Shown here piece by piece: positions 16,011 through 24,682 of a stretch of DNA of 30,164 nucleotides. The notes beneath the pieces are model-generated. The model was given only the letters and a program-made list of their open reading frames with translations, ran no database searches and was not told the DNA's origin. Numbering within the stretch: position 1 is the stretch's first letter; each line of letters begins with the position of its first letter. The position numbers were made by a program, and so were the translations under genes. The stretch lies in NCBI GenBank assembly GCA_037481835.1, contig JBBFKW010000009.1, positions 147,886 through 178,049 of the forward strand, in the 5' to 3' direction. The DNA comes from Desulfosoma sp. GTDB taxonomy: Bacteria > Desulfobacterota > Syntrophobacteria > Syntrophobacterales > DSM-9756.

Positions 16011-17513
16011 ATGAACCCTTTTGAACGCCCACTCTTCATTTTCGAAATGGCTAACAACCATATGGGAAGTGTCCGGCACGGGCTTCGCTTGATTCAAGCT
16101 TTCGCCCAAATCGCCGCGCGTTATCCATTTCGATTTGCCTTCAAGTTCCAGTTTCGTCACTTGGAAACATTTTTTCACCCGGACTATCGGGATCGGCTGG
16201 ACATCCCCTATGTGAAGCGTTTCCGCGAGACTCGCCTCAGTCGCGAAGAGTTCCAACAACTGAAAGAATGCGCCGAAGATCATATGTTCATGACCATCTG
16301 TACGCCTTTTGATGAGCCGTCGGTGGATCTAATCGAAGAAATGGACTTCGACGTCATCAAGATCGCCAGTTGCTCCTTCACGGACTGGCCCCTTCTGGAA
16401 AGAATCGTCGTCGCGGCTAAGCCCATCATCGCATCGACAGCCGGCGCGAGTGTCGATGACATGGATAAGGTGGTGAGTTTCTTCCAGCACCGCCAAAAGA
16501 TTTTCGCTCTCATGCATTGCGTGGGGGAATACCCCACAGGCGCCGACCACCTGCAACTCAACCAGATCGATCTCCTGCGACACCGCTATCCCGACCTGCC
16601 CATCGGCTATTCCACCCATGAGGAACCTGATAACGTTGAGGCAATCCAGATAGCCATAGCCAAGGGCGCCACCCTTTTTGAAAAGCATGTGGCCCTGGAG
16701 GCTGAAGGTTTTCCCAAAAACGCCTATTCGGCCACACCCCTCCAGGCGGACCGTTGGCTTGCGTCCGCGCAGCGGGCTTTCGCCATGTGCGGGGTGGCGG
16801 GGAGAAGGTCCGACCCTAGCGCCAAAGAATTGGCCGACTTGCGTCAATTCAAGCGGGGCGTCTTTGCCGCCAGAAAGATCGCTCAGGGAGAGAGGATCCA
16901 CGCAGGCAACGTCTTTCTCGCCTTTCCCAACACCGACCAACAGTTGGTGGCCAACGATCTATCCAAATACACGGTCTTCATCGCCCGCCGAGACCTGGAA
17001 GAGAAAGCGCCCATAAAGCATACCGACGTCTACCGGGAAGACAAAAGAGAGAAGATCTATTCCATCGTACAACAGGTCAAGCAGATGCTCGCCCAAGCCA
17101 ACGTGGTGGTTCCCGGCATGGCCCAATTGGAAATTTCCCACCATTACGGGCTCGATAAATTTGACCACATCGGCTCCACAATCATCAATGTCATCAATAG
17201 AGAATACTGCAAAAAATACATCGTGCTCTTTCCGGGCCAGAGTCATCCGGAACAGTATCATAAGATCAAGGAAGAGACGTTTGTGGTTCTCCACGGCGAT
17301 GTGACGCTTTCTCTTGACGGACGGAAAAAGAAGTGCTCACGCGGAGATATTGTCACCATAACCCGTGGCACGAGACACGACTTTCATTCGGAGGCTGGAG
17401 CCATCATAGAAGAAATATCGTCCGCACACTTTGCCGAAGACTCCTACTACACCGATGAGACCATCAACGCCAACCCGGAACGAAAGACCCTCTTGACCCA
17501 TTGGATGTCCTGA
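16011..17513 (+). CDS. N-acetylneuraminate synthase family protein (NeuB + SAF) fused to a C-terminal D-lyxose-isomerase-like cupin
   Basis: EMANNHMG, KFQ, TPFD..SVD, KIAS, HCV..YP, IGYS.HE, EKH in the NeuB domain. C-terminal YCKK.IVLFPGQ.HPEQYH..KEETF.VL.G...H.F cupin. RBS GGGAG. Confidence 0.88.
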   Translation: MNPFERPLFIFEMANNHMGSVRHGLRLIQAFAQIAARYPFRFAFKFQFRHLETFFHPDYRDRLDIPYVKRFRETRLSREEFQQLKECAEDHMFMTICTPFDEPSVDLIEEMDFDVIKIASCSFTDWPLLERIVVAAKPIIASTAGASVDDMDKVVSFFQHRQKIFALMHCVGEYPTGADHLQLNQIDLLRHRYPDLPIGYSTHEEPDNVEAIQIAIAKGATLFEKHVALEAEGFPKNAYSATPLQADRWLASAQRAFAMCGVAGRRSDPSAKELADLRQFKRGVFAARKIAQGERIHAGNVFLAFPNTDQQLVANDLSKYTVFIARRDLEEKAPIKHTDVYREDKREKIYSIVQQVKQMLAQANVVVPGMAQLEISHHYGLDKFDHIGSTIINVINREYCKKYIVLFPGQSHPEQYHKIKEETFVVLHGDVTLSLDGRKKKCSRGDIVTITRGTRHDFHSEAGAIIEEISSAHFAEDSYYTDETINANPERKTLLTHWMS

Positions 17514-17817
17514 CGGAGGCCCCTGTGCCGCTATACCCAACCCTCGTGTGGAACATTGATGACGGGTTCAATGGCCTTCCCCGAATGACGTTCCAACGCA
17601 CCTGGCTACTGAAACATCCCTCCAACCCACACAAAGGCAATGGCCCGGTGCGGCTTGAAAAGGCGGACGACTTCATGGACGACAGCCCCGCCCACTGCCA
17701 TCGGGCCACACAGATAGGGATTGGCGACTTTCTGGTGACTTCCCCATCGAGCCCCCAGAGCCTGCCTATGGAACATTTCCTGGTCGCTTTGGCGGAGTTT
17801 GCCACCACGAGGTTCTT

Positions 17818-19614
17818 GTGACCAAGCTATCCGACTATGTCATTCGGTTTTTAGAAGGCCTGGGAATCAGGCACGTATTCATGCTTGCCGGCGGTGGAGC
17901 CATGCATTTGGTGGACTCGCTGGGCAAAAGCTCCCAGATCACTCATGTATGCAACCTTCACGAGCAGGCATGCGCCATTGCCGCCGATGCATACGCCCAG
18001 TATACGGGAAAACTCGGAGTCGCCCTGGTAACCACCGGCCCCGGCGGGACCAACACGCTGACGGGCATCGCCGCCTCATGGCTGGATTCCATTCCCGTGC
18101 TCATCCTCTCCGGGCAGGTGAAACGTTCGGACAGGATAACGGGACGGGGTGTCCGCCAGATGGGTTTTCAGGAAATCGATATCGTGAGCCTGGTGAAGCC
18201 CATTACCAAATATGCCGTCACCGTCATGGAGCCGGAGACCATTCGGTATCATTTGGAAAAGGCGCTTCATGAGGCCACCACCGGGAGACCTGGCCCTGTG
18301 TGGATTGATATTCCTTTGGACGTTCAAGCCACCTCCGTCGAGGAAAACTCTCTGCAGGGCTTTGACGGCCCCCCAAAGGCTGTCGAGTGCCACGGACTCA
18401 AAGAGAAAGTCCGACAGGCCCTTGAGCTCCTCAATGGCTCCGAACGCCCGATCATCTTGGCGGGGAATGGCATCCGGTTGGCCGGCGCCCTGGACCTGTT
18501 TCATAAGATGATCAATCGCCTGACCATACCCGTGCTGACCACTTGGAAGGCCGCCGATTTCCTGCCTGAAGACCACCCCCTGTATGTGGGGCGCCCGGGA
18601 GCTGTGGGGCAGCGCGGAGCCAACTTCTCGCAGCAGAATGCCGATTGGATTCTCTGCATCGGGGCCCGATTGGACTTGGGCCAAACGGCTTATAACCATC
18701 AGAACTTCGCCCCGAGGGCTCGCAAGATCATGGTGGATGTGGATCCGGCGGAAATCGAAAAAATGCAGACCCCCATCCAGGTGCCCATTGCTTGTGACGC
18801 GGGAGATTTTCTCCGTGAATTCATCCGGCAACACTCCCAGACGGCACCCAAGGACTATTCCCAGTGGCTGCAGCAGTGCAAAGGGTGGCACCAGAAATAT
18901 CCGGTGGTGCTTCCCGAATACTGGAAAGAAGAAGATTATGTGAACGATTACGTTCTCATCAGCGTCCTTTCCGACGAGTTGACGGGGCAGGACCTCGTCG
19001 TTCCGGGAAGTTCGGGTGCCTGCAGCGAGCGGACCATGCAGGCCATTCGGATTACGGCAGGGTTGAGGGTCTTTAACAGTCAGGGACTGGGCTCCATGGG
19101 TTTCGGCGTCCCGGCGGCCATCGGAGGGTGCCTCGCGAGCGGAGGCAGAAGAACGATCTGCATCGAAGGAGACGGCGGGTTCATGATGAACATCCAGGAG
19201 CTGGAAACGGTCCGGCGCCTGCAGCTTCCCATCAAGTTCTTCGTCCTGAACAACGGTGGGTACGGATCCATCATGGCCACGCAAAAGAGCCACTTTGCCG
19301 GCCACTATGTGGGATGCACCCCAGCCAGCGGCCTCACCCTTCCCGACATTCCATCGGTTGCCGAAAGTTTCGGAATCCCAACGGATCGCATCTTGAATCA
19401 TTCCACAATTCGAGAAAAGGTTCGACACGTTTTGCAGTCCAAAGGACCGGTGGTCTGTGAAGTGAGGGTTTACCAGGACCAACCGACGGTGCCTCGAGTG
19501 GTCAGCACCCAGAAGGAAGACGGCTCCATCGTGTCCTCGCCCATGGAGGACATGTGGCCTTTTTTGGAAAGGCATGAATTCCATAACAATATGGGTAACA
19601 GGCCGCGTTCGTAA
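17818..19614 (+). CDS. Thiamine diphosphate-dependent acetolactate synthase-like enzyme (YerE-like sugar C-branching enzyme)
   Basis: GGGAMHL.DS, HEQAC..AA..YA, VTTGPGGTN, GFQE.DI, ThDP motif GDGG-X24-NN. Sugar-cluster context and no ilvH small subunit nearby. Confidence 0.88.
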   Translation: MTKLSDYVIRFLEGLGIRHVFMLAGGGAMHLVDSLGKSSQITHVCNLHEQACAIAADAYAQYTGKLGVALVTTGPGGTNTLTGIAASWLDSIPVLILSGQVKRSDRITGRGVRQMGFQEIDIVSLVKPITKYAVTVMEPETIRYHLEKALHEATTGRPGPVWIDIPLDVQATSVEENSLQGFDGPPKAVECHGLKEKVRQALELLNGSERPIILAGNGIRLAGALDLFHKMINRLTIPVLTTWKAADFLPEDHPLYVGRPGAVGQRGANFSQQNADWILCIGARLDLGQTAYNHQNFAPRARKIMVDVDPAEIEKMQTPIQVPIACDAGDFLREFIRQHSQTAPKDYSQWLQQCKGWHQKYPVVLPEYWKEEDYVNDYVLISVLSDELTGQDLVVPGSSGACSERTMQAIRITAGLRVFNSQGLGSMGFGVPAAIGGCLASGGRRTICIEGDGGFMMNIQELETVRRLQLPIKFFVLNNGGYGSIMATQKSHFAGHYVGCTPASGLTLPDIPSVAESFGIPTDRILNHSTIREKVRHVLQSKGPVVCEVRVYQDQPTVPRVVSTQKEDGSIVSSPMEDMWPFLERHEFHNNMGNRPRS

Positions 19615-19659
19615 GAACAGCCAATCAGCCCGCATCACCCATTGAGAGGCTCCGAGGGG

Positions 19660-20772
19660 ATGTTCGTAAGCGTCATTGTCCCATTCTTCAATGCGGAAAA
19701 ATTTCTTGACGATTCCATCGGGAGCGTGTTGGAACAGACCTACACGGATATTGAACTTATCCTTGTCGATGACGGCTCCACCGATGGAAGCCTTGCTCTC
19801 TGCAGAAAATACGGCGCCCGTGATTCCAGGATTCGCATTATCGCACAACCCAACCAAGGCCCCGCCAGTGCCAGAAACACGGGGGTCCGGATGGCCAGAG
19901 GAGATCTGGTCTTCTTTTTGGATGCCGACGATCTTCTTCGCCCCCAAGCACTAGAAAAGCTGCTCTTCGCTTGCAAAGAACACCAACCCGACTTGGTCTT
20001 GAGCAATTTCTGTAAGCTCATGCCCAACGGAAAATTCGCCGACCAGAAGGTTACGCTCGCGCCGGGAAGCCCCCCTTGCCAATCTGCCCAGGAAGTATTG
20101 GGCCCATACCAGATCCGCCAGTTTGTTAGGCACTTTCTCCATTCTCCCAGCAATCACCTCATCAGCTATTGCTGGGCTAGACTCTACAAGGCATGCGTCA
20201 TTCGCCAACATCGCATCATAGCCAATGAAGATATGCGCCTTTTCGAAGATTTTGTCTTTAACTTGGATTATATCAAGAATATAAAATCACTTTTCCTAAT
20301 CAATGAACCCCTTTATGTGTATAGAATGCATGACCATCACATTTCCTTGAGCATGTCCATGCTGAATGCCCCTCGTTTGATACGAGACATGGAGATTTTC
20401 CGCAAGGCGGCGAACGATTTTCTCACCACCTATGCGGTAGGAGACGGGCTGGAAACCAACCCGGAGCAAGAGATCGGGCATGCTTTGACCCATTATGCGA
20501 TTATTTTCCTGGTGCGCTCCTGTAGGCTCCTGGCACCCGAAACGCTGAAGTTCCTCTATCGTCAGGTTGGGATCCTGCTTAAGGCCCCCATCATGCAATG
20601 GAGCCTCAGGGGCTATAGGCCTCGGCAAGGCAACAGCCGCCTGCTGCCGTTATTCATAAACCATCAGTGGATCCTGCCGACGCTGATTCTGAGCATGGTC
20701 AAGGGCTATGCAAGGTACGGGAAACCATCGTCCGGATTGCGACAAGGCAGAAAAGGAGCCCCCCATCCATGA
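19660..20772 (+). CDS. Glycosyltransferase family 2
   Basis: VSVIVP.FNAEKFL, ELILVDDGSTD.S, N.G...ARN.G, FLDADD, ED..FN. ATG at 19660 behind GAGGGG. Confidence 0.93.
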   Translation: MFVSVIVPFFNAEKFLDDSIGSVLEQTYTDIELILVDDGSTDGSLALCRKYGARDSRIRIIAQPNQGPASARNTGVRMARGDLVFFLDADDLLRPQALEKLLFACKEHQPDLVLSNFCKLMPNGKFADQKVTLAPGSPPCQSAQEVLGPYQIRQFVRHFLHSPSNHLISYCWARLYKACVIRQHRIIANEDMRLFEDFVFNLDYIKNIKSLFLINEPLYVYRMHDHHISLSMSMLNAPRLIRDMEIFRKAANDFLTTYAVGDGLETNPEQEIGHALTHYAIIFLVRSCRLLAPETLKFLYRQVGILLKAPIMQWSLRGYRPRQGNSRLLPLFINHQWILPTLILSMVKGYARYGKPSSGLRQGRKGAPHP

Positions 20773-21998
20773 TCCCCCCGGAACATGACTCGGCTGGCAT
20801 ACGGCAACAAGACCCTCGCCCCTTGCTCATTTACGGTGCCGGGGTGGTGGGGAAGGTGCTGTATCAGCTCTGTGAGGCACTCGGGCTCACGGTGGAAGCT
20901 TTCTGTGACGGCAGCACGGCTCGGGCAAACACGACCTTTTGTGATCGCCCGGTCATCCACGCCTCGGATCTACCGCACCATTATCAAGATGCCCGCTTCC
21001 TCATCTCTGTGGCCTCCATTAAAGACGTGGTGGATAAGCTCCACGAGCTGGGCTACCGCACATGGAAAGCCGGAGGCCCTCTGCTCAAGCAATACCGTAC
21101 CTCCCCCTCTCCTCAGGGAAGCTCTTTCAACTACGTAGATTTTGCCGTCGAGACCTGCATATGGTGCCATGATGCCTATCTTGCCGGCAGCGGTCTATTC
21201 ATCCGAAGTGTGGACGTGGTCATCACGGAACGGTGCTCTCTAAGGTGCAAGGACTGCTCAAACCTGATGCAATATTATGAAAACCCTCGGGATTGCGACT
21301 GGGATAAGCTCATGGCATCCATCGGTCGGTTCTGCGACCTGGTGGACGATGTCTTGGAATTTCGGGTGATCGGCGGTGAGGCTTTCATGAACAAACGATG
21401 GCCCCAAGTGGTTGGTCATCTTGTATCCCAGCCCAAAGCCAAAAGGGTTGTGCTGTACACCAATGGAACCATACTTCCGCCAAAAAATGGATTGGAAGCC
21501 TTGAAACACCCCAAAGTGCTGGTGATCATCTCCAATTACGGGAAGATTTCAAGAAAGTTGCTTCCCCTGAAAAAGGCCCTTGAAGATATGGGCATCAAGC
21601 ACTACATCCTGAACATTGATTCCTGGCTGGATTGTGCGCGCATTGAGCCTCACCATCGCCCCTCCCCGGAAAACAAGCGCCTTTTTGCCGATTGCTGCGC
21701 GAAGAACATGTTGACCCTCTCCGACGGCCGGCTTCACCGTTGTCCTTTCTCCGCCAATGCCTTCCGGCTGGGAGCCATCCCCGATTTCCCAACGGATTAT
21801 GTGGATCTGTTTGAAGCCCCTTTGAGTGAGGCACGTGAAAATCTTCGAAAAGAAATCTGGAACTACCTTCATAAGAAGGAATTTCTTCACACGTGTGACT
21901 TCTGCAACGGACGCCCTTTGGCCGGGCCAGAAGTCCTTCCTGCCGTTCAAATTGGAAAGCCTTTGCCCTACCGCAAGTACGAAATGTCCGCTTCATAA
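20769..21998 (+). CDS. Radical SAM protein with an N-terminal small Rossmann-like module and C-terminal Cys cluster
   Basis: CSLRCKDC (CX3CX2C), GGEA, YTNGT. C-terminal CC...DG....CP and C.FC. ATG at 20769 overlaps the GT2 stop. Confidence 0.88.
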   Translation: MIPPEHDSAGIRQQDPRPLLIYGAGVVGKVLYQLCEALGLTVEAFCDGSTARANTTFCDRPVIHASDLPHHYQDARFLISVASIKDVVDKLHELGYRTWKAGGPLLKQYRTSPSPQGSSFNYVDFAVETCIWCHDAYLAGSGLFIRSVDVVITERCSLRCKDCSNLMQYYENPRDCDWDKLMASIGRFCDLVDDVLEFRVIGGEAFMNKRWPQVVGHLVSQPKAKRVVLYTNGTILPPKNGLEALKHPKVLVIISNYGKISRKLLPLKKALEDMGIKHYILNIDSWLDCARIEPHHRPSPENKRLFADCCAKNMLTLSDGRLHRCPFSANAFRLGAIPDFPTDYVDLFEAPLSEARENLRKEIWNYLHKKEFLHTCDFCNGRPLAGPEVLPAVQIGKPLPYRKYEMSAS

Positions 21999-22025
21999 AT
22001 GATCCCAAACACAGGGGGATAGGCC

Positions 22026-23126
22026 TTGTCTCAATCTTATAATAGGAAAGAAGAAGAAGCCCAAAAAAGGAACAGGCTTCAGCGGGAAAAACCCTATGTG
22101 TACTCCAAGATCATGAAGTTTGATGACAAACTGAGAAAAGGCGAGAGCGTCGCCATCATTCAGTTTCAGTATAACTACGTCTGCAATCTGCGATGTCAGC
22201 ACTGTTCCATCAAACGCTTTCAAGGGCCCAGCTCCAAACGATCCTTCACCCCGGAGGATGTGAGGAGCCTTTCGAGGCAAGCGGATGCCTTGGGCTTGGC
22301 CCGTTTCGTCATTACCGGTGGAGAACCCTTGGTCTTCAAGGATTTGGACGAATTGGTGGCAGCCATTGATCCGCAAAAGTTCTACATTAATTGCGATACC
22401 AACGGGTGGCTTCTCGATGACGAGAAAGCGAGACATCTTCGGAACATAGGCGTCGACAGGATCCAATTGAGCCTGGACAGTCTGGACCCCGACGAACACG
22501 ACCGGTTTCGAGGCGTTAAAGGATCCCATACCCGAGCCATGCGGGCGGTGGAAGCCGCCCTAAAGGCGGGTTTGGCCATATTTGTGCAGACAGTCGTCAC
22601 AAAAGAAAGACTGCATTCCGAAGAATTCATCCAATTCGTGCGTTTTTTCAATCAAATGGGAATCGGCGTCTTTGTCACTTACGCCAAACCCGTTGGCGCC
22701 TGGGAAGGCAACTACGACGTTCTGGTCACCCAGCAAGACATGGAATATATGCGCCAACTGGAGCGCCGCTACAATGTATTCACCCACTTAACACCCGCCT
22801 ACGGTTTGAATTTGGGATGCATTGCCGTTAAGGGTATGGTTTCCGTAACCCAGTACGGCGATGTTCTACCTTGTCCCTACATTCATGTTTCCATCGGCAA
22901 TGTTTTTTACGAGCCTCTGAAGGACATACTGAAAAGAGGACTGAGCATAAAATACTTCGGAGAACATGTGAGCACTTGTCTCATTGCTGAGGACAGACAG
23001 TTCATCCAGAAATATATCGCTCAGAAGGTTTACGGTCGATCTCTACCGGTACCCTGTGACGAAGTTTTCACGGAAGAAGACCGAACTCAAAAGCCTTTCA
23101 ACCAATCCCCAGAGGTGTTTCTGTGA
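22026..23126 (+). CDS. Radical SAM protein with SPASM/twitch-like C-terminal domain
   Basis: CNLRCQHC, TGGEPL, DTNG, SLDS....HD.FRG..GS, GC.A......V...GDV.PCPY....GN. TTG start. Confidence 0.92.
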   Translation: MSQSYNRKEEEAQKRNRLQREKPYVYSKIMKFDDKLRKGESVAIIQFQYNYVCNLRCQHCSIKRFQGPSSKRSFTPEDVRSLSRQADALGLARFVITGGEPLVFKDLDELVAAIDPQKFYINCDTNGWLLDDEKARHLRNIGVDRIQLSLDSLDPDEHDRFRGVKGSHTRAMRAVEAALKAGLAIFVQTVVTKERLHSEEFIQFVRFFNQMGIGVFVTYAKPVGAWEGNYDVLVTQQDMEYMRQLERRYNVFTHLTPAYGLNLGCIAVKGMVSVTQYGDVLPCPYIHVSIGNVFYEPLKDILKRGLSIKYFGEHVSTCLIAEDRQFIQKYIAQKVYGRSLPVPCDEVFTEEDRTQKPFNQSPEVFL

Positions 23127-23659
23127 GAAGAGAGAAGGCCAAGATACCCGCTTCGAGCATGGAAGACGCCATAAAGGTTTTGGACGCGTCCATTCCCAAC
23201 CCTACTCAAGGATTGCCCGATCCCGTCTTTTACTTCGTCAGCCGATTGACCCCATTGGTCAACGTGGACCTCCTCATCAAGGATGAAAAGGGCCGGACGC
23301 TTCTGGCCATGCGAAATGATCCCTATGCGGGAAAGGGCTGGCACGTGCCTGGGGGGATCGTGCGCTTCAAAGAGACTCTGGAAGCGAGAATCCAAGAAGT
23401 CGCCCGCACGGAGATCGGGGTACCCGTACATTGGGAGCCGAAACCCGCTGTTGTTCACCAGCTCATTCATGAGAAAAGGGATGTGAGAGGCCATTTCATT
23501 TCTTTGCTCTACAAGTGTTTTTTGCCCAGCCACTTCGTTCCTTCCAACAAGGGCTTGACAATGGACGACGCCGGGTATCTCATGTGGCATGAAAGATGTC
23601 CGGACAATCTCATCGTCTATCATGAAATTTATAGAGGCTATATCGACGAGCGAGCGTAG
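23123..23659 (+). CDS. NUDIX hydrolase, GDP-mannose mannosyl hydrolase-like
   Basis: TPLVNVDLLI....G..LL..R...P..G.GWHVPGG.V...ETL.......A..EIG, the modified NUDIX box of the Gmm/WcaH type. Confidence 0.82.
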   Translation: MRREKAKIPASSMEDAIKVLDASIPNPTQGLPDPVFYFVSRLTPLVNVDLLIKDEKGRTLLAMRNDPYAGKGWHVPGGIVRFKETLEARIQEVARTEIGVPVHWEPKPAVVHQLIHEKRDVRGHFISLLYKCFLPSHFVPSNKGLTMDDAGYLMWHERCPDNLIVYHEIYRGYIDERA

Positions 23660-23662
23660 CCC

Positions 23663-24682
23663 ATGAAAGCGAAAGACATTTCCGGGCAAGCCCCTGGAGG
23701 GCAACGCACCCCGCTGGGGGAAGTTCTTCCCCTGGACACACCCTTTGTGGTGCAGATATTCCCCATATACGCCTGCAACTTTCGCTGCGGCTACTGCATC
23801 TTTTCTGTGGAAAAGTCCAAGCGGCATTTCATCAGCGACAAACCCATCATGGATTACGACCTTTTTCGGAAAACCGTTGATGAAATGGCGCTCTTCCCGT
23901 CCCAACTGAAAGTCTTACGGTTCGTGGGAATTGGCGAACCCCTCCTCCATCCACGCATCGTGGACATGGTCCGCTATGCGGCGTCAAGAAAGATCGCCAA
24001 GGTCGTTGAGATTTTGACCAATGCTTCGCTCCTGACTCCCTCCATGTCCGATGCCCTGATCCAAGCCGGACTGACCCGCCTGATCATTTCCCTGCAGGGC
24101 ACTACGGCGGGAAAATATGAAGAAGTCTCTGGCGTCCGGATTGATTTTGAGAAGTTTGTGAGTAACATCCGATACTTTTATCAAAACAGGGAAAACACGC
24201 AGATGTACATCAAGGTGGTGGACTGCGCCTTGGATGGTGAGAAAGACAAAGAGCGGTTCTTTAAAATGTTTGGGGACATCTGCGATACCATCGCCGTGGA
24301 ATACGCTGTGCCTATTCACTCAGGGGTCAAATACCACCGTCTTTTGAAGGAGAAGCAACAAAAAGTGACCCAATTCGGCTTTCCCGTCCGGGATGTGAGA
24401 ATTTGCCCGCAACCTTTTTTCCACATGCAGATCAATCCCGACGGCAAAGTGGTTCCCTGTTACTCCTTTGAATACCCCCAGATCATGGGACAATGCAGCC
24501 ATGACTCGGTGGTGGACATCTGGAACGGACAAACTTTTCATCGGTTTCGCCGCAAGATGCTGGACGGAATCCAAACCCTCGGCGGGGTGTGCTCTCGATG
24601 TACCATCATCAAGTATCGTCTTTTCCCGGAAGACATTCTGAACGACTACGCAGACCGTCTCAAACCGTTCTATGAAAGGTAG
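23663..24682 (+). CDS. Radical SAM protein with SPASM/twitch domain
   Basis: CNFRCGYC, GIGEPLLH, LTNASLL, CPQPF....I.PDG.V.PC....IWNG....FR......C.RC. Confidence 0.92.
   Translation: MKAKDISGQAPGGQRTPLGEVLPLDTPFVVQIFPIYACNFRCGYCIFSVEKSKRHFISDKPIMDYDLFRKTVDEMALFPSQLKVLRFVGIGEPLLHPRIVDMVRYAASRKIAKVVEILTNASLLTPSMSDALIQAGLTRLIISLQGTTAGKYEEVSGVRIDFEKFVSNIRYFYQNRENTQMYIKVVDCALDGEKDKERFFKMFGDICDTIAVEYAVPIHSGVKYHRLLKEKQQKVTQFGFPVRDVRICPQPFFHMQINPDGKVVPCYSFEYPQIMGQCSHDSVVDIWNGQTFHRFRRKMLDGIQTLGGVCSRCTIIKYRLFPEDILNDYADRLKPFYER

Noticed and set aside
17501..17821. 106-aa ORF bridging the NeuB-cupin and ThDP genes
   Set aside because: No RBS, no motif and atypical composition; not supportable as a gene or a radical SAM precursor peptide.
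17818..19614. Calling the ThDP enzyme a housekeeping acetolactate synthase (ilvB)
   Set aside because: No ilvH/ilvC neighbours, and it is embedded in a CDP-dideoxysugar cluster, so the gene symbol is withheld.
18076..19947. 623-aa minus-strand ORF
   Set aside because: Antisense shadow of the ThDP enzyme and GT2 genes. It has no recognisable motifs, and long shadow ORFs are expected with this codon bias.
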